Shown here one piece after another: positions 46,647 through 55,963 of a stretch of DNA of 64,000 nucleotides. The translations under genes and the position numbers were made by a program. Position 1 is the first letter of the stretch, and every line of letters begins with the position of its first letter. Location: the NCBI GenBank assembly GCA_963719465.1, contig OY970386.1, positions 1,590,582 to 1,654,581 on the forward strand, written 5' to 3'. Origin of the DNA: an uncultured Chloroflexia bacterium. Its GTDB lineage: Bacteria > Chloroflexota > Dehalococcoidia > DSTF01 > JALHUB01. A model generated the notes under the pieces. It did not search any database. It was not told the origin of the DNA and saw only the letters and a program-made list of their open reading frames with translations.

Positions 46647-49361
46647 TCATGAGCAGCCGCTCGTGCTCCCGCAGTTCTCGCAGCGATAGCACGTGCCGCT
46701 GCGCGTCATTATCCAGCCGCAGTTCATGCACACCGGCGCGTCCTCCTGCCCGTTGTGCCCGTTCGACTTGATGACGAACTCGCCCTGCTTCCCGTAGTTC
46801 GCCGCCAGGCGCAGCCGCACCGCCTCGCTGAGGATGCCCAGCTCCGCCTTCTCCTCCTCGCCCAGGAACTGCGAGCCCAGCCAGCGGAACACGTAGTCGA
46901 CGACGGACTGCGCGACCGGTATGTCGCGGTTCTGCGTCATGCCCGCCGGCTCGAAGCGCATGTGGCCGAACTTGTTCACCAGGTCCTTCAGCGGCACGCC
47001 GTATTGCAGCGTCAGCGAAATCGACGTTGCGAAGGCGTCCATCATGCCGGAGATCGTGCTCCCTTCCTTCGCCATCGTGATGAAGATCTCGCCCGGCGAG
47101 CCGTCCTCGTACGTTCCGACGGTGATGTACCCTTCGTGCCCCTCTATCGAGAACTTGTGCGTGATGGAGTGTCGCGTGTCCGGCAGCCGCCGTCGCACCG
47201 GCTTCGCGACCGGCCCCGTGCTTTCCCGCGCCGTGCTCACCGGCTGCGTCCGCTTCGAGCCGTCGCGGTAGACGGCAATCGCCTTCACGCCGTTTCGCCA
47301 CGCCTCCACGAACGTATCCATCACTTCTTCGGCCGGCGATTCGTTCGGCAGGTTGACGGTCTTGGAGATGGCGCCGGAGATGAACGGCTGAATGGCGCCC
47401 ATCATGCGCACGTGGCCCAGCGGCGCGATGCAGCGCGTCCCCTTCGCCGGCTTGAGCGCGCAGTCGAAGACCGCCAGGTGCTCCTCCGCCAGGCCGGGCG
47501 CGCCTTCAATCACGCCCTCCTGGTCGACATAAGACAGGATCTCCTCGACCCGCTCCCGCCCGTAGCCGAGCTTGCGCAGCGCCAGCGGCACGGTGCGGTT
47601 CACCAGCTTGATCATGCCGCCGCCGACCAGCCGCTTGTAGCTCACCAGCGCGATGTCCGGCTCCACGCCCGTGGTGTCGCAGTCCATCATGAAGGCGATG
47701 GTGCCCGTCGGCGCCAGGACGCTGACCTGCGCGTTGCGATAGCCATGCTCTCGTCCCAGCGAGAGCGCCTCCTGCCAGGCCGCCGTTGCTGCCGTCAGCA
47801 ACGGCTCCGGCACGAGCGCCGCGTCGATTCTCTCCGCTGCCTGCCGGTGCTTCTCGATGACGCCGAGCATCGCCGTTCGGTTCCGCTCGAACTCCGCGAA
47901 CGGGCCCTTGAGCGCTGCCAGCCGGGCCGATGCCGCGTAGGCGCTGCCGGTCATGAGCGCGGTGACTGCGCCGGCGTAGGCGCGCCCGGCGTCTGAGTCG
48001 TAGGGCAGCCCGCGCGACATGAGCAGCGCTCCCAGGTTGGCGTACCCGAGCCCCAGCGCTCGATACCTGCCGGCGTTCTCGCCTATGAGTTCCGTCGGAT
48101 AGCCGGCGTTGCCGACGATTATCTCCTGCGCCGTGATCATCACCGTCACCGCCTGGCGGAACGACTCCACGTCGAACTCACCCTCGTCGTCGACGAACTT
48201 CGTCAGGTTGAGCGACGCCAGGTTGCAGGCGGAGTTGTCGAGATGCATGTACTCGGAGCAAGGGTTCGAGGCGTTGATGCGGCCGCTCTCCGGACAGGTG
48301 TGCCAGTCGTTGATGGTCGTGTCGAACTGCATGCCCGGGTCGCCGCATTGCCAGGCGGCCTCCGCAATCCTACGCAGCAGGTCGCGGGCCGGCAGCGTCT
48401 CCACCGCGTCGCCCGTCGTCACCGCGCGAAGCTCCCATGGCCCTTCCGATGTCGCCGCCCGCATGAACTCGTCGGTCACGCGCACGGAGTTGTTGGCGTT
48501 CTGGAACTGAATTGACGTCCACGCCTCGCCGTCCAGCGACAGGTCGTAGCCTGCCTCGCCCAGCGAGTAGGCCTTCCGCTCCTCCTTCGCCTTGCACTCG
48601 ACGAACTCGACGATGTCCGGGTGGTCGGCGTTGAGGATGACCATCTTCGCCGCCCGCCGCGTCTTGCCGCCGGACTTGATCGAGCCGGCGATAGCATCGG
48701 CGCCGCGCATGAACGACACCGGCCCGGAGGCGAGCCCGCCGGTCGAGAGCGGCTCCCGCGAGGAGCGCAGCCGCGACAGGTTGACGCCGGAGCCCGAGCC
48801 GCCCTTGAAGATCATGCCCTCCGTCCGGCACCAGTCGAGGATCGAGTCCATGGTGTCTTCGACGGACAGGATGAAGCAGGCGGAGCACTGCGGCGTCTCC
48901 TCGACGCCGACGTTGAACCAGACGGGGCTGTTGAAGGTCGCCTTCTGGTTCAGAATGACGTGAACGAGCTCCGCCGCGAAGCTGTCCGCCTCCTCGCCGT
49001 CCGCGAAGTAGCCGTCCTTGACGCCCCAGGCCGTTATCGTGCCGGCGACGCGGTCGATGAGCTCGCGCACGCTCCGCTCGCGCTTGATCTCGCCCCGCTC
49101 GTGGTGAACGACGGCGTCGGCGCTGAGGGGCCCGCGGAAGTACTTGGAGGCGACGACGTTCGTCGCCCGCTGCGACCAGTCCTTCGGCACCTCCACGTCG
49201 TGCTGCTCGAAGACGGCCTTGCCGTCCTCGCCGACGATGCTGGCCGTGCGCGCCTCCCATTCCACCTCGTCGTAGGGGTGGCGACCGGGCGTCGTGAAGA
49301 AACGCCTGATCGGCAGGTGCGCCCGCGGCGCTGATGGCGATGCCTCTGTGACCGTTGTCAT
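46647..49361 (-). CDS. nrdJ: Class II (adenosylcobalamin-dependent) ribonucleotide reductase with TSCPD domain, copy 1
   Basis: FNSPVWFN, PQCSACFI, ASNPCSEYM, ACNLASLN, LAPTGT, ISKTVN, YRDGSK, C-terminal CMNC/CENCGSTSGCS. Confidence 0.95.
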   Translation of the reverse strand: MTTVTEASPSAPRAHLPIRRFFTTPGRHPYDEVEWEARTASIVGEDGKAVFEQHDVEVPKDWSQRATNVVASKYFRGPLSADAVVHHERGEIKRERSVRELIDRVAGTITAWGVKDGYFADGEEADSFAAELVHVILNQKATFNSPVWFNVGVEETPQCSACFILSVEDTMDSILDWCRTEGMIFKGGSGSGVNLSRLRSSREPLSTGGLASGPVSFMRGADAIAGSIKSGGKTRRAAKMVILNADHPDIVEFVECKAKEERKAYSLGEAGYDLSLDGEAWTSIQFQNANNSVRVTDEFMRAATSEGPWELRAVTTGDAVETLPARDLLRRIAEAAWQCGDPGMQFDTTINDWHTCPESGRINASNPCSEYMHLDNSACNLASLNLTKFVDDEGEFDVESFRQAVTVMITAQEIIVGNAGYPTELIGENAGRYRALGLGYANLGALLMSRGLPYDSDAGRAYAGAVTALMTGSAYAASARLAALKGPFAEFERNRTAMLGVIEKHRQAAERIDAALVPEPLLTAATAAWQEALSLGREHGYRNAQVSVLAPTGTIAFMMDCDTTGVEPDIALVSYKRLVGGGMIKLVNRTVPLALRKLGYGRERVEEILSYVDQEGVIEGAPGLAEEHLAVFDCALKPAKGTRCIAPLGHVRMMGAIQPFISGAISKTVNLPNESPAEEVMDTFVEAWRNGVKAIAVYRDGSKRTQPVSTARESTGPVAKPVRRRLPDTRHSITHKFSIEGHEGYITVGTYEDGSPGEIFITMAKEGSTISGMMDAFATSISLTLQYGVPLKDLVNKFGHMRFEPAGMTQNRDIPVAQSVVDYVFRWLGSQFLGEEEKAELGILSEAVRLRLAANYGKQGEFVIKSNGHNGQEDAPVCMNCGWIMTRSGTCYRCENCGSTSGCS

Positions 49362-49451
49362 GACCTGTGTCCTTTCCGAAAACCAGCCGAGGAGGATCCC
49401 CAAAGCACGCTACGCGGTCGCTTTTTCGGGCGGCGCGTTTTTGCCGGTGTC

Positions 49452-49757
49452 CTACTGAGAGACCGGAGAGCCGTGCGCCTCCCGTCCCGCGGTATAGCGG
49501 AGGCGGTAGATCGACTCGCGCTCCCCGTCGGGCCCGAGGAGCCGGAAGCGAAGGTACTTGCCGGCGATGTCCAGCATGCGCCCGTCGTCCAGCTCCATGA
49601 TCAGCGGGCCGGTCTCCTTGTCCAGCAGGCTGCTATCGACGACGGGCCGGAAGACGATCTCGCAGCGTTCCCTGTTGATCTCGAACGCGCCTGTCGCCAG
49701 CACCTCGCCGTCGATGTTCAGCACCCGACCGTAGTCCCGACCGTATTCCGTTTCCAT
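49452..49757 (-). CDS. Hypothetical protein (101 aa)
   Basis: ATG at 49757 with AAGGA upstream; beta-rich protein-like sequence between nrdR and nrdJ. Confidence 0.6.
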   Translation of the reverse strand: METEYGRDYGRVLNIDGEVLATGAFEINRERCEIVFRPVVDSSLLDKETGPLIMELDDGRMLDIAGKYLRFRLLGPDGERESIYRLRYTAGREAHGSPVSQ

Positions 49758-49785
49758 CTTTGTGAGACGCGATTCCTTTGCCTGT

Positions 49786-50433
49786 TTAACTTGGGCCGCC
49801 CCGTCGAGCGGACGGCGAAGCGCTTCCTTTCGCCTCGCCGGCGGCCGCCGAGACGGCCCGCCTCTGCCGATAACGAGTCTTTGCCCCTCTACCGAACTGA
49901 TACGCGCGCCAGGCCGGCGACCTGGCCAGACCCTGCAGCTCCTCCGCCGGGATGAGTGGCGGCTGGCTGGTTTCGTCGACCGCTCCGAGCGTCGCCTCGA
50001 GCGCATCGACCTCATCCTTCAGGTCGTCGAGGTCGGCGAACTGGTGATAGACGCTGGCGAAGCGGATGTAGGCAATCTGGTCCAGCCCGCGCAGGTGGCT
50101 CATCACCATCTCGCCGATGTCGCGGCTCGACACCTCGGCAAGCCCCTGTTCGTTCAGCACCGTCTCTATCTCGTCGACCACCGCCTCCAGCGTGCCCAGC
50201 GCCAGCGGCTGCTTCTCGCAGGCTTTGCGGATGCCCAGCAGCACCTTCTCGCGCGTGTACTCCTCCCGGCGGCCGTCCTTTTTGACGACGAGCAGGCCGG
50301 TGGCAAGCGGGCGCTCGTAGGTGGTGAAGCGCTCGCCGCAGGCCGCGCATTCGCGCCGGCGCCGAATGCCGTCTTCGGCCTCCCGTGAGTCGATTACGCG
50401 CGTGTCTTGAGACGTGCAGTAGGGACACCGCAT
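49786..50433 (-). CDS. nrdR: Transcriptional repressor NrdR with long C-terminal extension
   Basis: MRCPYC, VIDSR, IRRRRECAAC, RFTTYE, ATP cone, AYIRFASVY. Confidence 0.96.
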   Translation of the reverse strand: MRCPYCTSQDTRVIDSREAEDGIRRRRECAACGERFTTYERPLATGLLVVKKDGRREEYTREKVLLGIRKACEKQPLALGTLEAVVDEIETVLNEQGLAEVSSRDIGEMVMSHLRGLDQIAYIRFASVYHQFADLDDLKDEVDALEATLGAVDETSQPPLIPAEELQGLARSPAWRAYQFGRGAKTRYRQRRAVSAAAGEAKGSASPSARRGGPS

Positions 50434-50445
50434 GGGGGGATTCTG

Positions 50446-50491
50446 GCACAACATATAGGGATTGTCAAGGGCAAAACCCAACATATTGTGG
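50446..50491. promoter_or_regulatory. Tandem NrdR boxes overlapping the nrdR promoter
   Basis: GCACAACATATAGGGA (50446-50461) and ACCCAACATATTGTGG (50476-50491) match acaCwAtATaTwGtg, 30 bp apart; minus-strand TTGACA(50468-50463)-N17-CAGAAT. Confidence 0.85.
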
Positions 50492-50617
50492 TCAAGTTGT
50501 ACGAGGTGTTCTGTCAACGACGGCCGATTCTGAGGGCGAAACGGCGAACTCAAGAACGCTGCGAACATAACGATCGCGGCAGGGGGCCGGGGCCGGGCGC
50601 CCCTACAATTCTCTAGC

Positions 50618-50663
50618 GATAAAATGGCCGCGGTCGGCGCATCTCCCTATCACCGACCGCGAC
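50618..50663 (-). terminator. Hairpin with short U tract downstream of ftsZ
   Basis: Minus strand GGTCGCGGTCGGTG...CGCCGACCGCGGCC-ATTTT. Confidence 0.5.
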
Positions 50664-50771
50664 CGATTGCCTCATCCGAGAGGCAACCTTCAAATCCCGG
50701 ATTCGCCGGGTTACGTGGTTGCTCGGCTAGACAGAAACCCCTCCTTTCATTTGGTATTTCCCTCTAGCGTC

Positions 50772-51857
50772 TCACCGCAAGGAGACGGTTCGACGCATGA
50801 AGGTCGGCAGGTCCGTATCGCCCACGTTCTTTAGGTTCTCCACCCGCAGCGGCCGCAGCCTGTGCTCGCGACCCAGCGTCTCCTCCAGCCCCTGCTCCAG
50901 CAGTTGCGCCGGCTGGAACCCCGTGGCGATGACGGTGACCTTTATCTCGTCGCCCAGGTCGGGATCTGTCGCCGTTCCGAAGATGATCTCCGCGTCCGGA
51001 TCGACCACTTCCGCGATGACCTGCGCGGCGGCGTTCATCTCGTGCAGCCCGATGCTCCGCGAGCCCGTCACGTTGAACAGCACGCCCTTCGCGCCTTCGA
51101 TGCTCGTGTCCAGCAGCGGACTCCTGATCGCGGCGCGCGCGGCCTCGACGGCGCGGTTCTCGCCACTGGCCCGGCCAATCGCCAAGAGCGCATGCCCGGC
51201 TTCGCCCATGATCTTGCGCACGTCGGCGAAGTCCAGGTTGATGTCGCCGGGCACGGTGATGATCTCGGAGATGCCCTGAATTGATTGTCTGAGCACCTCG
51301 TCGCCGACTCGGAAGGCCTCGGGGACGGACACGTCGGGGGTGCAAACGGCAAGGAGGCGGTCGTTTGGAATGATGATGAGCGTGTCCACTTTGTCCCGCA
51401 GGTGCTCGATGCCGTCCTCCGCCTGCATGCGACGCTTGGCGCCTTCGAAGGAGAACGGCTTGGTGACGACGCCGATGGTCAGCGCCCCGGCTTCGCGAGC
51501 CACCTCGCCGACGATGGCCGAGGCGCCCGTGCCGGTGCCGCCGCCCATGCCGGCCGTGATGAAGACCATCTCCGCGCCCTTCACGGCGTCGAAGAGCTCC
51601 TCACGGCTTTCCTCGGCGGCGCGCAGCCCCTTGTTCGGGTCGCCGCCGACGCCCAGCCCTTTCGTCAGCCGGTCGCCGATGCGGATCTTGACGTGCGCGT
51701 CGGTATGGGCCAAAGCCTGCGAATCGGTGTTCACAGCCACGAGCTGCACGCCGGGTATCTTCTCCGCCATCATCCGGCTGAGGGCGTTGCCGCCGCCGCC
51801 GCCAACACCCATCACCTTGATCGGGGGAAGCTTGTCCAAGTCCTCTCTTGTTGTCAC
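50772..51857 (-). CDS. ftsZ: Cell division protein FtsZ
   Basis: GVGGGGGNA, AGMGGGTGTGA, PFSFEG, INLDFADV, C-terminal DLPTFMRR. Confidence 0.99.
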   Translation of the reverse strand: MTTREDLDKLPPIKVMGVGGGGGNALSRMMAEKIPGVQLVAVNTDSQALAHTDAHVKIRIGDRLTKGLGVGGDPNKGLRAAEESREELFDAVKGAEMVFITAGMGGGTGTGASAIVGEVAREAGALTIGVVTKPFSFEGAKRRMQAEDGIEHLRDKVDTLIIIPNDRLLAVCTPDVSVPEAFRVGDEVLRQSIQGISEIITVPGDINLDFADVRKIMGEAGHALLAIGRASGENRAVEAARAAIRSPLLDTSIEGAKGVLFNVTGSRSIGLHEMNAAAQVIAEVVDPDAEIIFGTATDPDLGDEIKVTVIATGFQPAQLLEQGLEETLGREHRLRPLRVENLKNVGDTDLPTFMRRTVSLR

Positions 51858-51896
51858 CGTCGCCTCCTTTCGCTGGTTCCTAACGAATCGAATGCC

Positions 51897-53138
51897 TTAC
51901 TCAGGCATGAGTACCCGCATCCACTGGCTGACCCGCCGCCATAGCCCGCCGAAGGCCAGGCTGGGCCCCAGGCGCTGACCGCCGTACGCAAGGCCGTTCT
52001 CCTTCACCGCCCACTGCAGCAGGCCGACGCTCGTCGCGAAGGCGGGGTCCGTCAGCGTCTCCGAAAGGCCCTGCAGATGGCGGGGAACGCCGATCCGCGC
52101 CGGCAGGCCCGTCACCTGCTCAGCGAGGACGTCGAGGCCCTGCAGCTTCGCCGTGCCGCCGGTCAGCACCACGCCGGCGGACAGGATGTCGTCGTGCACG
52201 GAGCGCTTTACCTCGCTCATCACCATCTCCAGGATCTCCTCGCAGCGCGCCTGGATAATCTCGCAGAGGCGGCGTCGCGGGACGGCCTTCTGGCGCTCGG
52301 CGCCGAAGCAGTCCAGCTCCACGCTCTCGCTGGCGTCGACCTTGCTCGGGATCGCGTGCCCGAACTTCGCTTTCGCGTCCTCGGCGACCTTGTAGGGGCA
52401 GCGCAGCCCGGCGACCAGGTCGCGCGTTATGTGGTTGCCGCCGACCGGCAGCACCGACGTGTGGAAGACGCTTCCGTCCAAGTACACGGCGATCCCCGTG
52501 GTGCCGCCGCCGATGTCGACGACGACGACGCCCTGCTTGCGCTCCTCCTCCTCGAGCACCGCCTCGCCGCTGGCGAGCGGCTCCAGTATCAGACTTTCTA
52601 CCTCGACGCCGGCGCTCTCGATGCACTTGGTCAGGTTCTGCATCGCGCTCGTCGAGGCGGTGACGATGTGCGTCTCCACGTCCAGGCGCTGGCCGTGCAT
52701 CCCCAGCGGGTCGCTCACCATGTCCTGCCCGTCTACCACGTAGTAGCGCGGCACCGCGTGCAGGACCTCTCGATTCGACGGGATGTTGATGACGCGGGCG
52801 CCTTCCAGCACGCGCTCCACGTCGTCGCTGCCGATGGGATGATTGCAATCGGCGATGGCGGCGATGCCGCGGTTGTTCAGCGATTGGATGTGCGAGCCCG
52901 TTATGCCGACGTGGGCGGAAAGGATGCGCGTGCCGGCCGAACGTTCCGCCTTTTCGACCGACTCGCGAATCGATTGCGTCGCCTCGGCGATGTTGTCCAC
53001 CATGCCGCGGCTGAAACCGCCGGCCTCTGCGACGCCGACGCCGAGAATGCGTATCGCCTGCTCGTCGCCGATCTCCGCGACGGCGGTGCAGACCTTCGTC
53101 GTCCCCACGTCAATTGAAGCGAACGTATCCGCTCTCAT
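51897..53138 (-). CDS. ftsA: Cell division protein FtsA
   Basis: IDVGTTKV, VDIGGGTT, LPVGGNHIT, VLTGG, ATSVGL. Confidence 0.97.
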   Translation of the reverse strand: MRADTFASIDVGTTKVCTAVAEIGDEQAIRILGVGVAEAGGFSRGMVDNIAEATQSIRESVEKAERSAGTRILSAHVGITGSHIQSLNNRGIAAIADCNHPIGSDDVERVLEGARVINIPSNREVLHAVPRYYVVDGQDMVSDPLGMHGQRLDVETHIVTASTSAMQNLTKCIESAGVEVESLILEPLASGEAVLEEEERKQGVVVVDIGGGTTGIAVYLDGSVFHTSVLPVGGNHITRDLVAGLRCPYKVAEDAKAKFGHAIPSKVDASESVELDCFGAERQKAVPRRRLCEIIQARCEEILEMVMSEVKRSVHDDILSAGVVLTGGTAKLQGLDVLAEQVTGLPARIGVPRHLQGLSETLTDPAFATSVGLLQWAVKENGLAYGGQRLGPSLAFGGLWRRVSQWMRVLMPE

Positions 53139-53196
53139 TCTGCTTCCCTCCTTCCCTGCGCCTCTCGCGGTAGGCCCCTTATTCGGTCGCTCGGCG

Positions 53197-53958
53197 CTAC
53201 TGGAACGAGACCGTCTCGCCGAAGCGCAGGTCGACGCTGTGAACCGTCTGCCCCTGCGCCTGCGCCTTGTCCAGCAGCACGTACAGGACGCTCAGTTTGT
53301 AATCGATATCTCGGCTGTCCCCGAAAGTCGCCCGCAGGCCACCGCTGAACGTGACCGTCAGGCCGCTGTGATCGCTGTACTCCAGCGCCGTCACGTTCCT
53401 CTGCAAAGCGGTGGGCGCCTGCTCGATGAGCTGCTTCGAAAGCGCAACCGCGTCCGCGTCCACCCGGTCGCCGGGGGCCAGCTCCTGCTCGCTATCGACC
53501 TGGACTATCGTCGGCGCGCCCTGGTCCGGACGCATGTCGTCCAGCACGACGCCCTGGTCGTCGATGACGTAGGTCTGGTCCTTTATCTGCCAGTAGCCCC
53601 AGGCCTGGCGCTCCGTGACGTCCACCACCATCTTGCCCGGCCACTGCCTGTGCACCGACGCGTCCGCGACGCCGGGCACGGCCAGCAGCCGCTGCCTCGC
53701 CGCTTCCGTGTCGGCCTGGAGGATGTTCTGCCCTTGCAGGCCTGAAACGCTCGCAAGCATCGACGGGTCCAGCGTTTGCGCGCCGTTGACGGCGACCGTC
53801 CGCACCTGGAACAGCGGCGATTGATACACAAACCATCCTGCCGCCATGATGCCGACAAGCATGGCAAGCAGCGCCAGGCGCTTGAGATAGCGTTTTGCCC
53901 GGTCTCGGAAGCGCGGCGCATCCCGGCGCTGCATCTTTTTGCGGTTATCCTTGCGCAA
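53197..53958 (-). CDS. ftsQ: Cell division protein FtsQ/DivIB
   Basis: Basic N-terminus, TM, POTRA (RQWPGKMVVDVTER), VDLRF; dcw position. Confidence 0.88.
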   Translation of the reverse strand: MRKDNRKKMQRRDAPRFRDRAKRYLKRLALLAMLVGIMAAGWFVYQSPLFQVRTVAVNGAQTLDPSMLASVSGLQGQNILQADTEAARQRLLAVPGVADASVHRQWPGKMVVDVTERQAWGYWQIKDQTYVIDDQGVVLDDMRPDQGAPTIVQVDSEQELAPGDRVDADAVALSKQLIEQAPTALQRNVTALEYSDHSGLTVTFSGGLRATFGDSRDIDYKLSVLYVLLDKAQAQGQTVHSVDLRFGETVSFQ

Positions 53959-55030
53959 GACGCTCCCTCTCTTCGAATCGCTCCAGACCGAGGTCTACGA
54001 GACGGCTTATCAGCTGTGAATACGACAGCCCGGCGACCTGCCAGAGCCGCGGGTACATGCTTCCCGGCGTAAAACCCGGGATTGTGTTCAGCTCGTCGAC
54101 GAAGACGTCTCCGGATTCGGTCAGGAAGAAGTCGACGCGCGCCATGCCGCAGCAGTCGATGGCGCGGTAAGCGTCGAGCGCCAGGGCGCGGATGCGCGAC
54201 GAGCAGTCCCGCGGCAGTTCCGCCGGTATCGAAAGCGTGGTCGACGAGTCGAGGTACTTCGCGTCGTAGTCGTAGAACTCGCGCTCGTAGACAATCTCGC
54301 CCAGCCGCGACGCCTCAGGCTCGTCGTTGCCGAGCACCGCGCACTCAATCTCGCGCGGCTCGACGCCCTTCTCGACGATGAGCTTGCGGTCGAAGCGGAA
54401 CGCCCAGGCGATGCCGTTCGTCAGCTCTTCGCGCTCGTGCGCCTTGGTGATGCCGACGCTGCTGCCGCCATTCGCCGGCTTGACGAAGCAGGGATAGCCG
54501 AGCTCGGCCTCAATTTTTCGCGTCAGGCCGTCGCCTTCCCTTGCCCACTGCGCTCGCGTCACCACCAGCCATCCGATGACCGGCAACCCGGCGTCGCGAA
54601 GGAGCGCCTTCATAAGCGCCTTGTCGAGCCCGGCCGCGCTTGCCGCCACCCCGGCGCCGGCGTAGGGCACACGCGCCAGCTCCAGCAGGCCCTGCAGCGT
54701 CCCGTCCTCGCCGGTCGGTCCGTGGATCAACGGAAAGGCCACGTCGATCTCCGTCAGCACCGATAGCGCGGTTGGCCTTCCCAGCAGCCCGTCGGCCTCG
54801 GCGACCAGCGTCTTCTTGAAGGGCGGCGCTGGCGCGTCCATCTGCGCTTGCGTCTCGTCGGGCGTCAGCCAGGCGCCGCTTCTGGCGACGCCGATGGGCA
54901 CGACTTCGAAGCGGCTCTGGTCCACGGCCGCCATGACGTGCTGCGCCGAGACGACCGATACCTCGTGCTCGCCGCTGCGTCCTCCGAAGATGACGCCCAG
55001 CCTTTGCTTTCGACCGCCCGCGCCGCTCAC
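53945..55030 (-). CDS. ddl: D-alanine--D-alanine ligase
   Basis: FGGRSGEHEVS, HGPTGEDG, KPANGGSSVG, YDYDAKY, ELNTIPGFT; GTG overlaps the murB stop. Confidence 0.95.
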   Translation of the reverse strand: MSGAGGRKQRLGVIFGGRSGEHEVSVVSAQHVMAAVDQSRFEVVPIGVARSGAWLTPDETQAQMDAPAPPFKKTLVAEADGLLGRPTALSVLTEIDVAFPLIHGPTGEDGTLQGLLELARVPYAGAGVAASAAGLDKALMKALLRDAGLPVIGWLVVTRAQWAREGDGLTRKIEAELGYPCFVKPANGGSSVGITKAHEREELTNGIAWAFRFDRKLIVEKGVEPREIECAVLGNDEPEASRLGEIVYEREFYDYDAKYLDSSTTLSIPAELPRDCSSRIRALALDAYRAIDCCGMARVDFFLTESGDVFVDELNTIPGFTPGSMYPRLWQVAGLSYSQLISRLVDLGLERFEERERLAQG

Positions 55031-55963
55031 GACAGCTCCTCTCCCACGAACGCCACCTCGGGAATCAGCTTGAGCGAGAACTCGCCCGCGACCCGCTCCT
55101 GCGCAAGCTCCATGAGCCGGCGGAACGTCAGCCGCGGTCGCCCTGCCGACGTTGACGATGAAGTTCGGGTGTTTCGTCGAGAACTCCGCATCGCCGATGC
55201 GATAGCCGCGGAGGCCGACCTGGTCAATGAGCCACCAGGCGGGGTACTCGCGCGTGTTCTTGAAGATTGAGCCGGCGCTGCGGCCCCGTGGTTGCGCCGC
55301 CTGCCGGTTTCGGTCCAGTTCCTCCATCCGCTCGGAGAGCTCACGCGCGTCGCCCCGGTACATCAAGAGGTTAGCGCGGAGGATGACATGTCCGGTGAAC
55401 AGCTTGCGGGTGAAGGCGCTCTCCCGGTAGCCGAGGCCGAGTTCTGATACGGCCAGCTCATACTCCAGGCCGTCGCTGCTAAGCATGCCGATGCCTTGCA
55501 GGACGGACGCCATGCTGCCGTCGTAGGCGCTGGCGTTGTAGACTACCGCACCGCCGATGGTGCCGGGAATGCCGCTGGCCCACTCGAGCCCGCCGAAACC
55601 ACGATGCGAAAGGTCGCGCGCCGTGGCGGCGAGGCTGGCGCCGGATTCAACGCGGAATATCGCTTGGCCGTTCGGCGCCTCCAGCGGCCCTTCGAGGGCC
55701 CGCGCGCGGTTCTCGATGGTGACGCCCCTGATTCCCTTGTCGCTGACCAGGATGTTGCTGCCGGCGCCAAGGATGAAGAAGGGTTCGCTGTGGATGCTGC
55801 AGAGCGTGACCAGCGCCTTCAACTGCGGCGCGTCCTCGGCGACGACGTAGATGTCGGCTGGGCCGCCGATGCCGAAGGTCGTATGGCGCGAGAGCGGCTC
55901 GTTCAGGCGCACGCCGACCACCATGCGCAGCTCTTCGATCAGTTTTTCGTCAACTCCCGTCAT
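55027..55963 (-). CDS. murB: UDP-N-acetylenolpyruvoylglucosamine reductase (+1 frameshift at ~55124, probable sequence error)
   Basis: HTTFGIGGPA, GAGSNIL, GIPGTIGGA, SAGSIFKN, KHPNFIVN; C-terminus LIPEV in the next frame. Confidence 0.92.

Noticed and set aside
53945-55963. 672-aa MurB-Ddl fusion in the ORF track
   Set aside because: One extra base at ~55124 shifts murB into the ddl frame; the true MurB C-terminus and stop (55027) are in the adjacent frame.
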